This document shows, piece after piece, positions 34,331-46,015 of a stretch of DNA of 64,000 nt (positions within the stretch are counted from its first letter, which is position 1; each line of letters opens with the position of its first letter). Below the pieces are notes generated by a model. The model saw nothing but the letters and a program-made list of their open reading frames with translations. It did no database searches and was not told the origin of the DNA. The DNA is from Octopus bimaculoides (taxonomy: Eukaryota): contig NC_068986.1 in assembly GCF_001194135.2 (NCBI RefSeq), positions 42,569,229 through 42,633,228 on the forward strand, written 5' to 3'. Position numbers and translations under genes: made by a program.

Positions 34331-35734
34331 GACTGAAACAAAACTCCAACATATTTGGAAGCAACTTCTGTTACCTGTCCATACTGGGGTACACTATTCA
34401 GCTATGCTGTTAGTTGTCAATCTATGTCTGTCAATCTATCTGTATCCATCTACTTGTTTAGTTTCAGTTTCTTTCTGCCTCCTCATCTTATCTTTCTTTC
34501 TCTTTATCCTCCTTTCCTTTCGTTTATGACAGTTTGTTAAACCTCTAGCCTTTTTATCCTTATCCATCTGACCTGTATTTTTTTTTTTTTATACACCATG
34601 CAGTTTGTGTACCATAGTGTTGTTACTGGTCTGTTATAGATTTCTAATTGATCAATCATTGACTGAATGCTTTTGTGGTGATAAATGACAATGAAACGGT
34701 TGTATAACTTGAGCATAAAAAATACCGCAAAGTATATTATATTTTGGTCTGCCATATCAATTTTCTAATCGGTGTGTATATCACTTTTATTGATATAGAT
34801 ATACATCCCTCCCTCCCTCTTTCCTTTTCTCTCTCTCTCCCCTTCTGCACACACACACACACACAATGAGTGTCAGCACGGTTTTCATCTACTAAATTCC
34901 ATTCACAAGGCATTGGTCAACCTAAGGCTATGAGAACAGACACTTGTTCAAAGTGTTGCACAATGAGATTTAATCTGGAACCATAAGTGCAAAGGGAAGA
35001 AGCAGTTAATCAATTGTAGTTCGTTACATTTTCTATTCTGAGATTGGAGATTGAAAACTTAGATCTGGAGGGTTTTTTCATCACCTTCTCTCTCTCTCTC
35101 TCTCTCCTTCTTTCTCTCTTCTACTCTCTCTCTCAAACATTCTCTCATATAAGCCTTAATTTTTAAGAGATGAGATTTGAATTAATTAGGAATAGAGGGA
35201 CTTCATTTTGTAACCATTGAATGAATTTAAGAATGATCTTAATTAAACAGCGGCTTGTTGATGCATTGCAGTGGTTCTTTATCTTTTCTATACTTCACAC
35301 CCCTCTAAAGTGTTTGATTAATTTTCATACCTCTTCCAAAACTAATATCACATTTTAAGATAAAAATGTCAATTTTCTAATAACTAATTGAATCACATGC
35401 AGTGCTATGGGTGAACAAATAGAACTTGGAAAAATAATCTTTTGACTGTATAAAATGCAAATGTAAATTGAGTAATTAGTAATAAAAAATAAAAAAAGAA
35501 AAATCAATCACAGTTGCAATGATGAAATTCAATGACTTCTATGTTCCTGCTTTTCCATTCATCACTATGAATTTTTTTTGTTGATTATGATCTCCAGGTT
35601 TACTTGTGGATTCAGTTGATTCCTAGATTTTATTTTGACAAAAGAGAGCTGAATCCAGATTCACAGAAGTATGTTATTGCAAATGGAATGAAGACACAAT
35701 TCTTAGTCTCTTAAGAGTTCAATGTACAAATATA

Positions 35735-36335
35735 CTGGGTTTTGTGTTAAATTCACTCATTTATATATATTTTTGCCATATATCTTAATCCCTAATTTTC
35801 ATCAACAATTTTAAAAGATCAGTCAATAATATATTTTCCTTCATTGTTCATGATTTCTTGCCAACATTCCACTTGCTTGTCAATACCTTGACAATATAAA
35901 TCACCAGGTCTTGACTTGAAGAATTCATCAAGCCTAACCCTAACCCTGTCATTCTTGAAGGAAATGCCTCACAGACTGTTGGAGAGAGACTAAAAAGGGG
36001 TGATGTCTGATAATGCTACATCAGGAGAATACAGTGGGTGCAGTAGAATGTCTCACCTGAGCTCTTGAATAAGATTTTTTATCAAATTAGTGACATGGGA
36101 GCTAAAGTTTGTCTCTTTCATTCAGAACAGGTTGAACCTATGCATTGAGTTACCCCAATTGGCACCTATCCATTGAGTGAAGGTGATGAATGATGTTATC
36201 ATGAGAGCATCCCATATAATGGGCTGATTCTCTAGTGGAATGGCATGAATCCTGTGGATGAGCTCATTCAATCGATTCTCATTGAACTGAACTGGTCAGC
36301 TGGAATGCAGAGTCTGTAATGTCAAATATCCCTTC
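35735..36335 (-). pseudogene. Mariner transposase C-terminal remnant with one TIR
   Basis: Minus strand HDNI...QELR*DILLHPLYSPDVALSD...LDEFFKSRPGDLYCQGIDKQVECWQEIMNNEGKYIID*. Confidence 0.8.
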
Positions 36336-36731
36336 TTTTAGGCCTGAGAACAATTTCGGTACAGTCCTTTCAGTAACAGTGCCTTTTCCATACACAGCAC
36401 AAATGTCTCAAGTAGCTTTGGCAACTTTTGAACCTTGATTGAAAATAAGAAGAGACAGGTGTTGAAAATGTTTATTTGGCATTCAATTTGTTTTGGGATA
36501 GTTTTTCCTTCCATCCCTGTTATTAGGGGTGGGTTATAGAATAAGTTCCAGTAATATAATGAAATGAATGTAACCAATTATATCCACTTACTCTAAAAAT
36601 TATGTCCTGTACCTGGTCAATTGAAGCTTTTAAATGCTATTCATTCTCAGAACGAAATGGAAATAAAAAATTGTTTGTTATTTTACTTAATCCAGATGAG
36701 CTTTGACAATATTATTTTTGTCTCTTTTCAG

Positions 36732-36780
36732 GACAAAGAAAGCAAAATGAAGTTCTTGCAGAAAGCAATTGATATTGTTT
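36732..36780 (+). CDS. TRAF3IP1: TRAF3IP1/IFT54 exon (CH-like domain): DKESKMKFLQKAIDIV+1 nt
   Basis: tctcttttcag| ... |gtaagt; matches the IFT54 motif DKDAKISFLQKAIDVV as recalled; 49 nt, phase 0 to 1. Confidence 0.9.
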
Positions 36781-36855
36781 GTAAGTGTTAACTTCCACAT
36801 ATGTCCTATTATAATCTAATATGGGCTGGAAGTTTAACTTTTATTTATTTGAAAG

Positions 36856-36968
<113 letters not shown>

Positions 36969-37799
36969 ATGTCACTCTTAAGTGCTGCTGATAACATGTA
37001 AACCTATACAACCTATTGCATGGCTGGACCATTGGTACCTAACCTGACAACATTACCAAGCCTCTTTAGTGAGTAGAGTTGTTTTGGGACACCCTATGGG
37101 ATGTAAAACAAGGCCCGCCAAATGGCAGATGAACTCAGAAGAGTCAATGATCATCCAGTTACATGATTATGTGTATGTGTGTGTGTGCATGTGCACCTGG
37201 GCTTTTCTGGCTTTGTACTCAGTTGCACACATAGTCTACCAGTGTGGGTTGGACTCTGTGAGGGTAGTCTAACAACCATATATATATGTGTGTGTGTGTA
37301 GTGGATGCTGTTATAAGGTCATAGGCTCAGCTTCTGGTTTTGATGATGCATTGTAAGTAACCTTGAGCAACACATTTCATTTTACAGTGCTCCAGGCCAG
37401 TACAAAATGAGCAGCAGCAACAACAACAGCTTGGTGGTTAGCATTGTAACAGGCTGGCTTCACTGATGCTCTGAAGAAAGACACAGAAATTTTGCAATGA
37501 AAAGTTGCTGATTGAGGAGAATGAATGAGAGAGTAGACCCAAACGGAAGGACCAGATATTGAAATTGAGAGCTATAATATTGCCATTGTGTAATATAATA
37601 GTGGTGATAGTTTTGGGGTGCTGAAAATAATTTTTGAGATGTATTTGTGTCAAATATAGTCAACCTTGTAGTACAGGGCAGTATCAGACATGATGTCTGT
37701 ATCATCATTAACTGCTACCAAAGCAAAAGAACATGTTCCTAAAAGAAGTAATAACAGAAGCTTCAAACTGATGGATCAATGGACCATATTAGAAAGAGT

Positions 37800-38500
37800 T
37801 GTAATCACAACTGATTAGGAAATATATTTAGCTTATATGAGATTTTGTTCAAGTCTGTGCCAGAATGAAGCATCTCTGTTACACTCTTTTTAATAGTACA
37901 ACTACATGAGAAGTTCTCAGCTAAGAGTGCAGATTACTGTTTGTAACATTCAGTAATATGGAGAAAGCTTTTGACAGGTTTCATTCTGTGTTGTCTAACA
38001 GTTGCTGCCAAAACTAGATGTAGAGGAATGGGTGTAAAAGCCTTGAAGTCATCTACTGATAAGTTACCAGTAAGGTGAATGGTAGTAATGAATTAAGGGA
38101 AGAATTTAGCATGCTGAGAGTTACTCATCAACATTTAATTTCTTGCTACCTCTCGTTACAATGGTTCTTCAGATCATGACAGATCAGTTAACGATCTGTC
38201 TGTAGCAAGTCTTGCAATCTGATGATCTAGTTCTTACAGCTGAATCTGTTGAAAATTTTGAGGAATTCCAAATATGGAATTAAAACCTAGAAGTGAGAGA
38301 CCTCAAAACTTAACAAAGACAACATTTTTAATTTATAGGAAAGAAAACAGAGCTTTTCTGCAATTTGAGTAGTGACTGTGTTCAGTATGCAGAAAAGGAT
38401 TAGGTAGGAATTTCAATTGCTGCATTCACTGTTAACTATGATTACACAAGAGATGGTATGGAATTACAAGCAGGCTGGCAGAGAAAGAAAACTCCTTTTA
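37800..38500 (+). mobile_element. Decayed RTE-clade reverse transcriptase fragment
   Basis: MEKAFDR at 37958 and DDLVLTAESVENFEEFQIWN at 38221, homologous to the peptide at 6940. Confidence 0.6.
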
Positions 38501-38710
38501 CTGCAGGTACACTAAAGTAGTTAACAGTAAGAGCATCCTCAAATTTGCTTCTTTTAAGTGCTCTGAAGGCTTCCTAGATGTAGCTGATAATTTCTGTTAC
38601 CTTGCTGACCTTAGAAATAGTGGCAATATATTTTATGTGTGCATAGTATTCAGAGTAAGAAAAGTACAGGGTTCTTTTACCTTTCCCTGCTACAAAGATA
38701 TAAACAGTCT

Positions 38711-38713
38711 GTG

Positions 38714-38756
<43 letters not shown>

Positions 38757-38790
38757 NNNNNNNNNNNNNNNNNNNNNNNNNNNNNNNNNN

Positions 38791-38823
<33 letters not shown>
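38711..38823. repeat. (CT)n microsatellite spanning a gap
   Basis: CT run on both sides of N 38757-38790. Confidence 0.9.
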
Positions 38824-39080
38824 GATGGACAGATTGTGTGTTGCTTTAATATGTAGTGCAATGTTGCATGCAGTGATTTGTAATGATTGAATGCAGAGAA
38901 TATGCAACTAATGAAAAAGAATGTTAATGAGATACTGTGCTGGAGAGAACATGTCCAATCTATGCAAACATAGAAAAATGGATGTAAAAACGATGAGAAT
39001 GCTGATATTATATTGGTTTTCAATAAAATACAATTCATTGTATGAAGTCCCTTGTTAACAGTTCCTTCATTTTTATTTAG

Positions 39081-39193
39081 CATTAGTTACTGAAAAGCAA
39101 TTATCTGTGAGGCCATCCAAAGTTGTTGCTGGACATGAACCAGAAAAAACCAACGAATTTCTACAGGTGTTAGCTGAGGCTGTAAAAAGACAA
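39081..39193 (+). CDS. TRAF3IP1: TRAF3IP1/IFT54 exon: (S)LVTEKQLSVRPSKVVAGHEPEKTNEFLQVLAEAVKRQ
   Basis: ttttatttag| ... |gtaaga; carries the family hallmark VAGHEPExTNExLQ; 113 nt completes the phase-1 codon of the previous exon. Confidence 0.95.
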
Positions 39194-40646
39194 GTAAGAA
39201 TATAATATTTTACTCAATTGTATGTTTACATTTACTTCATTATTAGATATTTTCTCTAATATTTAATGTTCTTATTAACAGATGATGAATAGGTCTTATG
39301 GAAATCAGGTTGTGAATTAAACTAGACAGATAAAAGCCAGTTCTCATGACCCTTTCAGAGCTTCTATGATTGGTAGGTGGGGAAAGGAAGAATTTCTCTT
39401 CACACTGGTGGCTTGATCTATCGGTGGTCCCTCTTACAAGTTTCCACACTGTTTCCATCTACCCAGTTTCATGTTAAAGGCTTTGGTAAATCCAGGCCTA
39501 TTGTAGAAGGCACTTGTCCAAAGTGCTACTTGGTGTGATTGAACTCAAAACCACATTACTGGGATGCAAACTTCTTAACCATGAAACCTGAAATTACAAG
39601 ACCATAATTTTTACAGTGCATTTTGTATAAATCGTATGCATATATACATCTCTGATGAAGTCTCAGTTCAGTTTTAGTTTCTTAAATTGCATGACATCTG
39701 AGATACAGATTTTCTTTACACAAGCACCGAGAAGTTTGTGGCACACCGATATCCAAAGGTTCTTTGAAAGGCTTTAGCTTCTTATTTAGTAACACATATA
39801 CGTTTAATGAAGGCACATGGCCTAGTGATTATGGTGTTGCACTCATGATTGCATGATTGTGGATTCGATCGCCAGACTGGGTGGTGCATTGTTTTCTTCA
39901 TCAAGAAAACCACTTCATTTCACAGTGTTCTACTCCACTCAGCTGTAAATGAGTAACCCTGTGATAGACTGGTGTCCGGTTCAGAGGGAATAAGATCTCA
40001 GACAATTATACGTCACAGAAATTGAGTAAGTGGCTCTGTAAGTCCTGGGTTTCAGGATTATATTGTCTAGAGAACTTATTCTTTTTACATACATACAGTA
40101 TTCCTTGATGGTATTCTTGATATTCTCTTAATACCTCTTAAAGATAGATTTTTCTTTCTCTGATGGTACCTAAGTATATAGTAACATTTACAAGATGTAT
40201 TTTCTCTATATACATAGTTAAAATATCATTTCCAGTTCATGTTTAAATTTATTTCAGTCCTTTTAATTTATGTCATGTTGAGCATAATGTATTGTTTAAC
40301 CAATGAAAAGCTGTCAAAAGCACAGATATGCAAACTAAGCTATCTTCTATGGTTTTAGTCTAATTTATGACTATTCTATATAGTAGCTGAATTCACTTGT
40401 GTTGAGTGGAGAGGAAAATTATGTCTTCTCTGAGAAGCAGTCAATTATCTGTAAAACAGTCTGCCTGTAGACTTCCTTGCATTTTTCTTATATTTCTCTC
40501 AACCATGTTTTCTAATATTTAAATTAATTTAAGTCCTTCTGAGTCACTCTGTTTTATGCACAATATATGTGTGTGTGTGTGTGTGTATGTAGATCTATGT
40601 GTATGCATATATATATATTCTTTTTAACTTTTATCTTTTACTTTAG

Positions 40647-40772
40647 GTTGATAATGATGCGTATGTACAGCGTGTATTGAAAGGAGCTGATGGATCCAAG
40701 AGGCAAGAATCCAATAAAGAAAAAGAAAAGTCAAAGGAGAAATCAAAGGAGAGAAGACAACCAGAAAATGAA
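40647..40772 (+). CDS. TRAF3IP1: TRAF3IP1/IFT54 exon: VDNDAYVQRVLKGADGSKRQESNKEKEKSKEKSKERRQPENE
   Basis: ttttactttag| ... |gtaaat; 126 nt, phase 0/0; resembles SSDDAVRRVLAG then enters the charged region. Confidence 0.85.
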
Positions 40773-41147
40773 GTAAATTATTTACAAAATATTTCAGCAC
40801 TGAATAATTGCATTCAAAAATTTCAAAAGGAAGAATTTTAACTGAATTCTATGAGCTATTACAAATTTCCTCTTGGTTTCTGTTGAAATAATGGAAGGTA
40901 GCTTGTATCTGTTCAAGTCATTGATTATTATTGCTATAAGGTGTTGAATGGCGAGCTAATCTCTGTTTTCACATTTATGCATTATATATTTTATCCAGTG
41001 AGTCCAGTGAGTTGTTAGTAAAATGTGTTCCTATTTTACCCTACTTCTCAAGAGCATGTGTCAGATTGATTTACCAAAATATTGTTGGCACTGCACTCAG
41101 TTTAATTATTAAATAGATAGGTTTTGATTTGTTTGCAGCATATTACT

Positions 41148-41364
41148 TTAACCCTTTAGCACTTAAACCAGTTGTATCTAGCCAAAATATTTTACTTTTT
41201 CATGTTCAGACTGGCCAAATTCATCCTATTATACTTACCCGACAATGTTAATCTAAAAATAACCAGTCACATCATTGAAATCTCAAAGCTGCAAGATAGT
41301 ACATGATTAATTCAAAATAATGTGAATACACAAGCATTACATTTGACGGAGTAATCTGAATGCT
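41148..41364 (+). mobile_element. TTAA piggyBac-type MITE, right end truncated
   Basis: ttaa-ccctttagcacttaaacc...aatctgaatgct. Confidence 0.7.
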
Positions 41365-41404
41365 TTGTCTGTCCAAAGCTTATTAATAAGTTTGTCCTCA
41401 ACAT

Positions 41405-41780
41405 TCATGGGCAAGTGTCCTCTACTATAGCCTTGGGCTGACCAGAGCCTTGTGAGTGGATTTGGTAGATGGAAACTAAAAGAAGCTTGTCATGTGTATA
41501 TGTATATATATCTGTGTGTGTGTGTATCGTAGTGTTTGTCCCCCTCATCACTACTTGACATCCCCTGTATTTGTCCCCTCATCACCACTTGACAACGAGT
41601 ATTGGTGTGTCTGTGTCCCCCCGTAACTTAACAGTTCAGCAAAAGAGTCTGATACAAAAAGTACCACTTCTTAATAAAAAAAAAAAAAGTGCTGGGGTTG
41701 ATTCATTCAACTAAGAATTCAAGGTGGTACCCCAGCATGGCTGCAGTCTAGTGACTAAAATACGTAAAACAAAAGATGAA
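41405..41780 (+). mobile_element. Composite tRNA-SINE (5'-truncated)
   Basis: gggcaagtgtcc...gccttgtgagtggatttggtagatgg, internal (TA)(TG)n, 3' ggtaccccagcatggc. Confidence 0.75.
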
Positions 41781-42087
41781 GATGATATAAACTTTTCCTT
41801 TTGTAAGTCCCAAGTTGCTCTGGTGGTTGAGAAAATTTGGGAATATGTAAAAGTATGCTGCATGAATGCCAAGACAATATACCCTGTATATCACGCATGA
41901 AACACAGGATGGGCAAAGGTTTAAATTTGTGTTTGAGAAAATAAATCTTTATTGCAATGTAAAACAAATTTTGATTTTGCCATATTTTTAATTCAAATAA
42001 CTATTCTTGAATAATGATTCTAACCACACAAAATTATAATACTTCATTGAAACACTGAGAACATCATATGGTACCAGCATGGCTGTG

Positions 42088-42309
42088 TTAACCCTTTAGC
42101 ATTCAAATTGGCCATATCCAGTCTAAGTATTCTACCTGTTTTATGTTCAAACCAGCCAGATGCAGCCTCTCACACGAACCCTACAATGTCCTAAAATTAA
42201 ACAATCACATGAAAATCTCAAAGCTACAAGATAAATCATGATTAATTCAAAATAATGTGAATAAATAAGCTTTACATTAAACTGAGTAATCTAAATGTTA
42301 AAGGGTTAA
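42088..42309 (+). mobile_element. Complete TTAA-flanked piggyBac-type MITE nested in a SINE head
   Basis: TTAA|ccctttagcatt ... aatgttaaaggg|TTAA; the flanks ggctgtg / gaagtttgcc rejoin to form the SINE 5' motif. Confidence 0.8.
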
Positions 42310-43327
42310 GAAGTTTGCCTCCCTAATTCATGGCACCTTGGACAAGTGTCTTCTACTTAGCTCTGGGTCGACCAAAGCCTTGTGAGTGGATTTGGTAAAT
42401 AGAAACTGAAAGAAGCTCATCAAATTTATGTGTGTGTGTGTCTGTCTGTATGTTGTTTATTTTTATGTTGCCTGGTTTTGACATCAAGTGATAGTTAAAA
42501 AATGGTTGTTATTGTCATACAAGTAGTGTCATTTATTTCCAATATTCTGCAAGATCACATCTAGCCATGAAGGAAATATTTTGGCATAGAAAATCTGCCT
42601 CCAAATCATGCAAGTATGTGAAAGTGAACATTATAATGATGGTATTGTCAGGTTGTTGCTTTGTTTTGAATTAATCTTCTTTTGAAGTATAATCTATTCT
42701 GTTATTTCAGAAGCAAAAAATTTTGTCCTTCAAAATTAAAACACAGATGTGTGTGCATGCACACACACACGCTCTGCATTGTTCTTATCTTTCCATAATC
42801 CTTTAACATACAAATTAGCCAAGTCTGGTTACCATAAAGATAATGTTATTTGTCTGACCTTGTTGACACTTTAGCTGTAGATATAAAGTAAAACCTGATT
42901 ACATTAGGAGTTCCATGGCTATTAGAAGCCTTTTCTTGGTTTCTTTGAAATAATGTAAGGTTGTTTAAGGCATTGACTTTCCCTAATACATTATCTTCTT
43001 TGCAGAACAAAGGGAGATGTGTTTATTTTTGACAAGCAACTGAGTATGGACAACAGTATGAGCTAATCTTAATAAAGTTAATGAAAAATTGTATTACTGC
43101 ATTCCTACCTCTCTCAGCATTTGTTAGTTTGGCATCAGAATTTTCCAAATATTGTTTCTTAATCTCGTAATTTTAGTATTGTTATAGGAATAAATCATTG
43201 TATTTAATGTGAGCTATATCATGAATGCTAAAAAATTAAGGAGTTAATGTTCAATATTAAATGATTTTGAAATTTTTATCTATAATTGCAATGTGAGTGG
43301 ACTTGGTAGATGGAAACTGAAAGAATC

Positions 43328-43376
<49 letters not shown>

Positions 43377-43736
43377 TTGCTATTATGCAAAAGTGTTGTT
43401 AGTCCAAAGTGTTGCTTTTTCAGAAAGCAAAAAATTAGTTTCACCATTCCAAAACAAAACCGTTGTACTTCACTTTGACAATTATTTTATATCTTGGCAT
43501 CTGAAGCAGCTGGAGATATAATAGTTTGACCAAAAGAATCAGCTATTGCAAGCAAAATAATAAATATTGAAAAAAAACACATTGACCGAATCTGGACATA
43601 TGACAGTTTAACATAATAGCAATGAAGAAAATCTGCGTTAACAAACTCCATTTGACAGATTAAAACATGAAAAAAACAGAATGGATGTTAAATGATGATG
43701 ATGATGATGAATTGACATATGTTTAAATTTTTCCAG

Positions 43737-44042
43737 GAACAACATAAACCAAAGGAAAAAGGATCAAAGGAAAACAATTCCAGAAGTGATCGACATAAAA
43801 GTCAGTCTGAAAATGAAATTAAAACCGATGGAGAAAAACGGAATAAAACAGAGGGGAAAGAAAATCGGAAAAGTAAAAGTGAGCAAAAATCAAGAAGTAA
43901 AGGTGAGGAGAAAGACAGTCAACAGAATAAAATTGAAGAGAAAGAAAGACAACGAAATAATGAAAGAGAAAGACACCAAGCTAAAGATGAAGAGAAACCA
44001 AAGGAAAAACAGTCCAGCGACAAAGAAAAGTCATCTAGAAAA
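43737..44042 (+). CDS. TRAF3IP1: TRAF3IP1/IFT54 K/E/R/S-rich exon (102 codons)
   Basis: tttttccag| ... |gtaagt; 306 nt open, phase 0/0; charged low-complexity sequence typical of the IFT54 middle region. Confidence 0.8.
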
Positions 44043-44253
44043 GTAAGTTAAAACTTTACATATATTTAGAACATAAAATGTTTTGAAACCGATTCTTTGC
44101 TGCTCTAGGCACAAGGCCTGAAATTCTGTGGGAGGGAACCAGTCAGTTAGATCGAACCAAGTATGCAACTGGTACTTAATTTAGCAACCTTGAAAGGATG
44201 AAAGGCGAAGTTGAGCTCAGAATGTAAAGACAGATGAAATATCACTAAGCATA

Positions 44254-44618
44254 GGCGTAGGAGTGGCTGTGTGGTAAGTAGGTGTCCCACTGTGTGGCAT
44301 CTTGGGCAAGTGTCTTCTACTATAGTCTCGGGCCGACTAAAGCCTTGTGAGTGGATTTGGTAGATGGAAACTGAAAGAAGCCTGTCGTATATATATATGT
44401 ATATATATATGTGTGTGTGTGTCTGTGTTTGTCCCCCTAGCATTGCTTGACAACCGATGCTGGTGTGTTTATGTCCCCGTCACTTAGCAGTTTGGCAATG
44501 AGACCGATAGAATAAGTACTAGGCTTACAAAGAATAAGTCCCGGGGTCGATATGCTCGACTAAAAGGCGGTGCTCCAGCATGGCCGCAGTCAAATGACAA
44601 ACAAGTAAAAGAGAGAGA
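44254..44618 (+). mobile_element. Composite tRNA-SINE (head partly deleted)
   Basis: ggcgtaggagtggctgtgtggtaag ... aaggcggtgctccagcatggccgcagtcaaatgac. Confidence 0.85.
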
Positions 44619-45070
44619 GTAAGCATTTCACCCGGCATGCTAATGATTCTGCCAGCTCTCTGCCTTTTTTTGAAACAGATTGGCATTTGACTGAAGCATG
44701 GCATGGCATGCAATATGGTTAAGAAGTTTGCTTTGGAAGCATATGGTTTAGAGTTCAGTGATGGCTGGTGACATCTGCTGTAGTAAAATTTGGTTGACAG
44801 AAACTGGAAGAGGACCATCAGTTGAATGTGTGTGTGCATGTGTGTGTTTCTCTTGTCCCTCTTGGCATGAAGTCACTAATCGTAAACAAAAGACACTGTC
44901 ATGTGTGTAACATCATTTGATTGCAATCCTCCATAAAAGCTTGTCTGGTTCTTCCGCTGTTGTTTGCTTGGAGGATGAGGGGAAATATCTTGTCAGTACA
45001 GAAGACTTGAGATATTTTGTCATGTATAAATTTGTTTTACATTTAATGATCTAAATATTACTTTTATATA

Positions 45071-45308
45071 TCAAAACAGAAGACTGGAAAAGTTTGGTAT
45101 ATTTTTAATTTCACTTTACACGTGTTACATTACAATACAGGGGTCACAAAGGTGTATATGTAGAAAATATATGAATCTTTGAGAATTATGGATAGGAAGC
45201 TCTACACATGTTTTTCTACATGTGTACCTTTGTAACTCCTATCTTGTAATGAAACACATGTAATATGGAATTTAAAATGTTCCAAATTTTTCCAGTTATC
45301 TGTTTTGG
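45071..45308. mobile_element. Foldback MITE, ~105-bp imperfect arms, TA TSD
   Basis: TA|tcaaaacagaagactggaaaagtttgg... versus the reverse complement of the right end TA|ccaaaacagataactggaaaaatttgg... Confidence 0.7.
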
Positions 45309-46015
45309 TATGTAACTTTTTCTACAAACTTCTTATATTCTCTGACATTTATTGTATGTATGCCTAATAGAATGTGTGAATGTAAAATGCCTGTTTATGT
45401 GAAATATCCTCTTTGATTTACATCTCATTTGCCTAAGAGTCATTTTGCGGCTGTGCGGTTAAGAAGTTTGCTTCTCAACCCCAAAGTTTTGGGTTCAGTC
45501 CCACTGTGTGGAACTTTGGGTGAGTGTCTTCTACTATAGCCCTAGGCCAACCAAAACCTTGTGAAAGGATTTGGTTGGTGGAAAGTAAACAAGCATCACC
45601 ATTGTAAATGGTGTCTTCATTTCCAACATTTTGTGAAAACATATCTGGCTATGGGAAATATTGCCTTACTTAGAAACAAATGAGATTTACTAACAGGAAG
45701 GGCATCCAATCATAGAAACTCTGCATCACTAAATTCTGTCCACCCCAAGCAAGTATAGAAAAATGGACATTAAATAACAAGGATATTTTCTCTGATTTTG
45801 ACCAAAGGGGTTTTTACTTTGCAATTGGTAACTGATTTTTACCATGCTCTCTTACCCAATAAAATATTGGACAGTGTAGATAGCACAGATGGTAGAACAC
45901 TGTCTCAGAAATGTTACAATCCTGTACCTAACAAATAACTGGTATTCCTCACTTCTTTATTTGTCTTTCATTGGAGTCGAGGTAAGTGTGACACACTTAG
46001 TCCAAGTAATATCAA

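Noticed and set aside
35932-35946. cctaaccctaaccc, telomere-like repeat
   Set aside because: Only two units, and it lies inside the minus-strand mariner remnant (codes RVRVR).
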